This document shows positions 54,270 through 57,213 of a stretch of 57,213 nt of DNA, piece by piece; the first letter of the stretch is position 1, and every line of letters starts with the position of its first letter. The notes beneath the pieces were generated by a model. The model was not told the DNA's origin, searched no databases, and saw only the letters and a program-made list of their open reading frames with translations. The stretch spans positions 1 through 57,213 of IMG/VR virus record IMGVR_UViG_3300036828_000780; one strand, written 5' to 3'. The position numbers and the translations under genes are program-made. The DNA is from a virus. Its lineage: Duplodnaviria > Caudoviricetes.

Positions 54270-56699
54270 ATGCCTTGGGAGACCGATGGGTTTGACCGGC
54301 TGCGCAGCTGGGTTGCCGACGCCAACAACGGGCTGCTCATCGATGCCGGGCTGATGGACGACGACACCAATGACATTGCGTCGGGCCTCACCCAATTGCG
54401 CCAGCAAGGCCAGTCGGGCAGCGCCAATTGGGGCGGCGCGGCGCTCGGCACGGCCAATGCGCTGACGATTACGGTGGCGCCGGTGCTGTCGGCGCTCGCC
54501 GCCGGCAATCGGTTTGCGTTCATCCCCGGCGCCGCCAATACCGGGCCGGCCACCTTGCAGGTCGGCGCGCTGGCGGCGGCGCCGCTGCTCAATGGCGCCG
54601 CGCTCGCCGGCGGCGAACTGCAGTCCGGTGTCGCGGTCAGTGTCGTTTATGACGGCACGGCCTTTCAGATCCAGGGCGGCGTCGCGCATCTGACCGGGGT
54701 CACCGCCGGCACCGGCCTGGCCGGCGGCGGTATGGCGGGCAACGTGCCGGTGTCGCTGGTGGTCCCGGTGACGGTGCCCCATGGCGGCCTCGGCGTCGCG
54801 ACCGTGCCGCCCTATGGCCTGCTGATCGGCCGCGGCGCCGCGCCGGTTGGCGCGATCATGCCGAGCAACAACCCCAATGATGTTTTGTTGTGTCAGGGGG
54901 CGGCGGCCGATCCCGCCTTTGGGCCGTTCTCCGGCTTGCTCGACTCGCTGTTTGGCAGTGCGCAGGGCTCGATCCTGATGCGCGGCGCCGCCGGCTGGGC
55001 CGGGTTGCCGCCGGGGGCCGCCGGGGCGGTGCTCAGCACGCAGGGCGCCGGCGCCGACGCGGTGTGGTTGCTGGCGACCGGCACCGGGACGATCACCGGC
55101 GTCACCGCCGGCACCGGCATGTCTGGCGGCGGCCTTGCCGGCAACGTCACCTTGTCGATGGTCACGCCGGTTGCGATCTCGATCGGCGGCACGGGCGCCA
55201 ATGCGCCGGCGGCGGCGCTCGCCAACCTCGGCGCGGCGCCGCTCGCCTCACCGGCGTTCACGGGCACGGTGACCGCGCCAACCGTCATTCTCAACCAGAA
55301 CACGGCAGCGCCACAAGTGCCGCCCTCGGGCATGGCTGCGCTGCTGCATGTGAACGGGGCGGATGCCACCCAGCCCGGTTTGCTGCTCGACAGCTATGGC
55401 ACACAGTCGGCGCTGCTGACCTTCCGCGCAGCGCGGGGCACCGGGGCCAGCCCGAGCGCGATGCAGCAGGGCGATATAATTGGCGGCGCTCAATTCTGGG
55501 GCTACGGCACGGCTTATGCGGTTGGCGCATCGTTCTACGCCACAGCTTCCGGAACTTGGACCGGCGCGTCGCACGGAACTTTGCTGGGGTTTACAACGAC
55601 CTCGCCCGGTGCGGTTACGCCGCACACCGTCATGCAGTTGTATCAAGGGCTGGTCATCGGCAATCCGGCTGGTGGCGATCTTGGACCGGGAACAGTCAAC
55701 GCCCAGACCCTACTAAGAGCTTCGGGAAATTTTTGTAGCTTACAGCTAAATGACAATGTGGTGGGCCCTACCAGTGGAGGATTGGTTCGGTTCACCAGCC
55801 TAGGCACCGGAGTTTATGCGTTCCAAATAAACACCGCGTCGGCCGGCGATTTCACCGCGGTCGTATCGCCGCTTGTCATCTCATCGAGCGGTGTGATGAC
55901 GATCGCGCCGGGTGCCAGCAACCCCCTCAACGTCCAAGCCTCCGCAGGCGGCTCGGCTTGTATACTTGCTACGATCGCCGGACTGCAGCAATGGGCGGTC
56001 GGCGCCTACAACGGCAGCGGCCTCAACATCTTCACGATTTCCGACCAGACCGCGAACGCGCCGCGCCTCGAAATCGACACCAGCGGCGTCGTTACGATCC
56101 CCAGGGCGCTCGCAATTGGTTCGTCGACCGGCCCTACTGATCCGCTGACAGTGGAGGGTGGCTCGGGAAACGATGCCCACATCATTTATACGACATACGG
56201 TGGCGCCAAAACCTATGCGGCCGGCGTCCGTAACGACGGCGTTTTCGAATGGAAAGATCAAACGGCCGGCGGCGTATTACATATGTATATCTTGGCCAAC
56301 GGGACCGTCGTCATGCCGACCTTGACGGTAATCAATACATTTACTCCACCTAGTGATAGGCGTCTTAAAGACGACATCACGCCGTGGCAAAAAGGACTTG
56401 CTGAAGTCTTAGAACTCAACCCCGTTTCGTTCAAATGGAACGGCAAGGCCGGCACCGTCGCCGACAAGAAGCCGCGCTTCGGCTTTGTCGGCGACGAGGT
56501 TGCCAAGGTGTTGCCGGAGTTCGTCGGTAAGCTCGCCGGCCTTGAAGATGCCCCGGACGGCGCGGATGTGGACACTATCGACATCCTGGCAATGGCTCCG
56601 CTGCTCGTCAACGCGGTCAAGGAGTTGGCCGCCGAAAACGAAGATCTGAAGAAGCGCCTCGAACTTTTAGAAGTCGCGGCGCTGAAGACCGCCGCTTGA
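54270..56699 (+). CDS. Tail fibre 2 with peptidase S74 chaperone
   Basis: ANTGPATL; ITGVTAGTG repeats; PSDRRLKDDI; LVNAVKEL. Confidence 0.85.
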   Translation: MPWETDGFDRLRSWVADANNGLLIDAGLMDDDTNDIASGLTQLRQQGQSGSANWGGAALGTANALTITVAPVLSALAAGNRFAFIPGAANTGPATLQVGALAAAPLLNGAALAGGELQSGVAVSVVYDGTAFQIQGGVAHLTGVTAGTGLAGGGMAGNVPVSLVVPVTVPHGGLGVATVPPYGLLIGRGAAPVGAIMPSNNPNDVLLCQGAAADPAFGPFSGLLDSLFGSAQGSILMRGAAGWAGLPPGAAGAVLSTQGAGADAVWLLATGTGTITGVTAGTGMSGGGLAGNVTLSMVTPVAISIGGTGANAPAAALANLGAAPLASPAFTGTVTAPTVILNQNTAAPQVPPSGMAALLHVNGADATQPGLLLDSYGTQSALLTFRAARGTGASPSAMQQGDIIGGAQFWGYGTAYAVGASFYATASGTWTGASHGTLLGFTTTSPGAVTPHTVMQLYQGLVIGNPAGGDLGPGTVNAQTLLRASGNFCSLQLNDNVVGPTSGGLVRFTSLGTGVYAFQINTASAGDFTAVVSPLVISSSGVMTIAPGASNPLNVQASAGGSACILATIAGLQQWAVGAYNGSGLNIFTISDQTANAPRLEIDTSGVVTIPRALAIGSSTGPTDPLTVEGGSGNDAHIIYTTYGGAKTYAAGVRNDGVFEWKDQTAGGVLHMYILANGTVVMPTLTVINTFTPPSDRRLKDDITPWQKGLAEVLELNPVSFKWNGKAGTVADKKPRFGFVGDEVAKVLPEFVGKLAGLEDAPDGADVDTIDILAMAPLLVNAVKELAAENEDLKKRLELLEVAALKTAA

Positions 56700-56712
56700 G
56701 GGGGCGCGGGCG

Positions 56713-57078
56713 ATGTGGCGATGCGAGGATCCCGAGCGGCACGCCGGCCGGGTTGTGGCGAATGGCCATTGCGTGCGGTTCTGCCAGGCGGCGGTCCCGG
56801 GGTTGCCGCATACCGGGCAATGGTCGCGTGGGCCCCGGGTGCGCGGCGCCGGCGTGGCCCCGGGCACCGTGATCGCGACGTTCGACCCCGACGGCACCTA
56901 TGGCAACCACACCGACGGGCGCTCGCACGCCGCGATCCTGATCGCCGAGGAGGCGGGCGGGCTGCGGGTGTGGGATCAATGGGTTGGGCACCCGGTCGCC
57001 GAGCGGCTGATCCGCTTCCGCGGCGGCCGCGGCAAGCGGGTCAATGACGGCGACGCCTTTCACATTGTCGAGAGTTGA
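56713..57078 (+). CDS. BPSL0067/Tae2-like cysteine amidase, putative endolysin
   Basis: GHCV; W..G..V; GT.IATF...G.Y; HAAI; V.DQW. Confidence 0.8.
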   Translation: MWRCEDPERHAGRVVANGHCVRFCQAAVPGLPHTGQWSRGPRVRGAGVAPGTVIATFDPDGTYGNHTDGRSHAAILIAEEAGGLRVWDQWVGHPVAERLIRFRGGRGKRVNDGDAFHIVES

Positions 57079-57085
57079 CCGACCC

Positions 57086-57213
57086 GCCCCCCAAGGACCC
57101 GCCGACGGGTCGCCTGATCCCCGACCTGGTCGGGCGCGTCCTCGGCTACATGGATCGCCCGTGGAAGGCCGTCGCGATCATCGTGGCGGTGGTCCTCGGC
57201 GCAGCCGGCTGGG
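57086..57213. repeat. Terminal direct repeat (copy 2)
   Basis: Matches 1-128. Confidence 0.95.

Larger units (their letters stand above)
1..57213. mobile_element. Complete temperate tailed phage genome, podovirus-like structural module
   Basis: Integrase, repressor, primase/helicase, terminase, portal, capsid, tail and ejection proteins, tail fibres and endolysin; no tape measure gene seen; terminal overlap. Confidence 0.93.

Noticed and set aside
52156-56699. Diversity-generating retroelement or invertible tail-fibre switch
   Set aside because: No reverse transcriptase or TR/VR pair seen; both fibres are on the same strand and far from the resolvase

Overview
The window is an apparently complete, circular (128-bp terminal overlap), GC-rich temperate phage genome of about 57.1 kb. 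The host is probably alphaproteobacterial (GcrA- and CtrA-like genes). It has a podovirus-type structural module, a tyrosine integrase with attP, a repressor/Cro switch, and TOPRIM primase plus P4/D5 helicase replication. The main result is a left-arm minus-strand operon (about 4630-7111): a stand-alone Cas7/RAMP-like gene, a ParB-like gene and two non-coding arrays. The arrays hold 11 hairpin-separated units built of GGY-NN pentamers. Reading the variable NN dinucleotides as codon positions 1-2 (wobble base skipped) spells conserved catalytic motifs of serine recombinases (YLRVST..Q), tyrosine integrases (HPHSVRHATGY, NPHLFRDCAA) and primases (RSTGGYVIWW, VLRxPGTLN). This points to a gapped-code RNA-guided system aimed at competing mobile elements. 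The phage's own serine resolvase uses its only AGA Arg codons exactly at the two targeted motifs. Other oddities: a portal split by an inserted 710-aa gene, a double-ATPase terminase, a degenerate CtrA, a leaderless pseudopilin and a Tae/Rap1a-like lysis cassette. All protein calls come from motif recognition by eye; no database searches were run.
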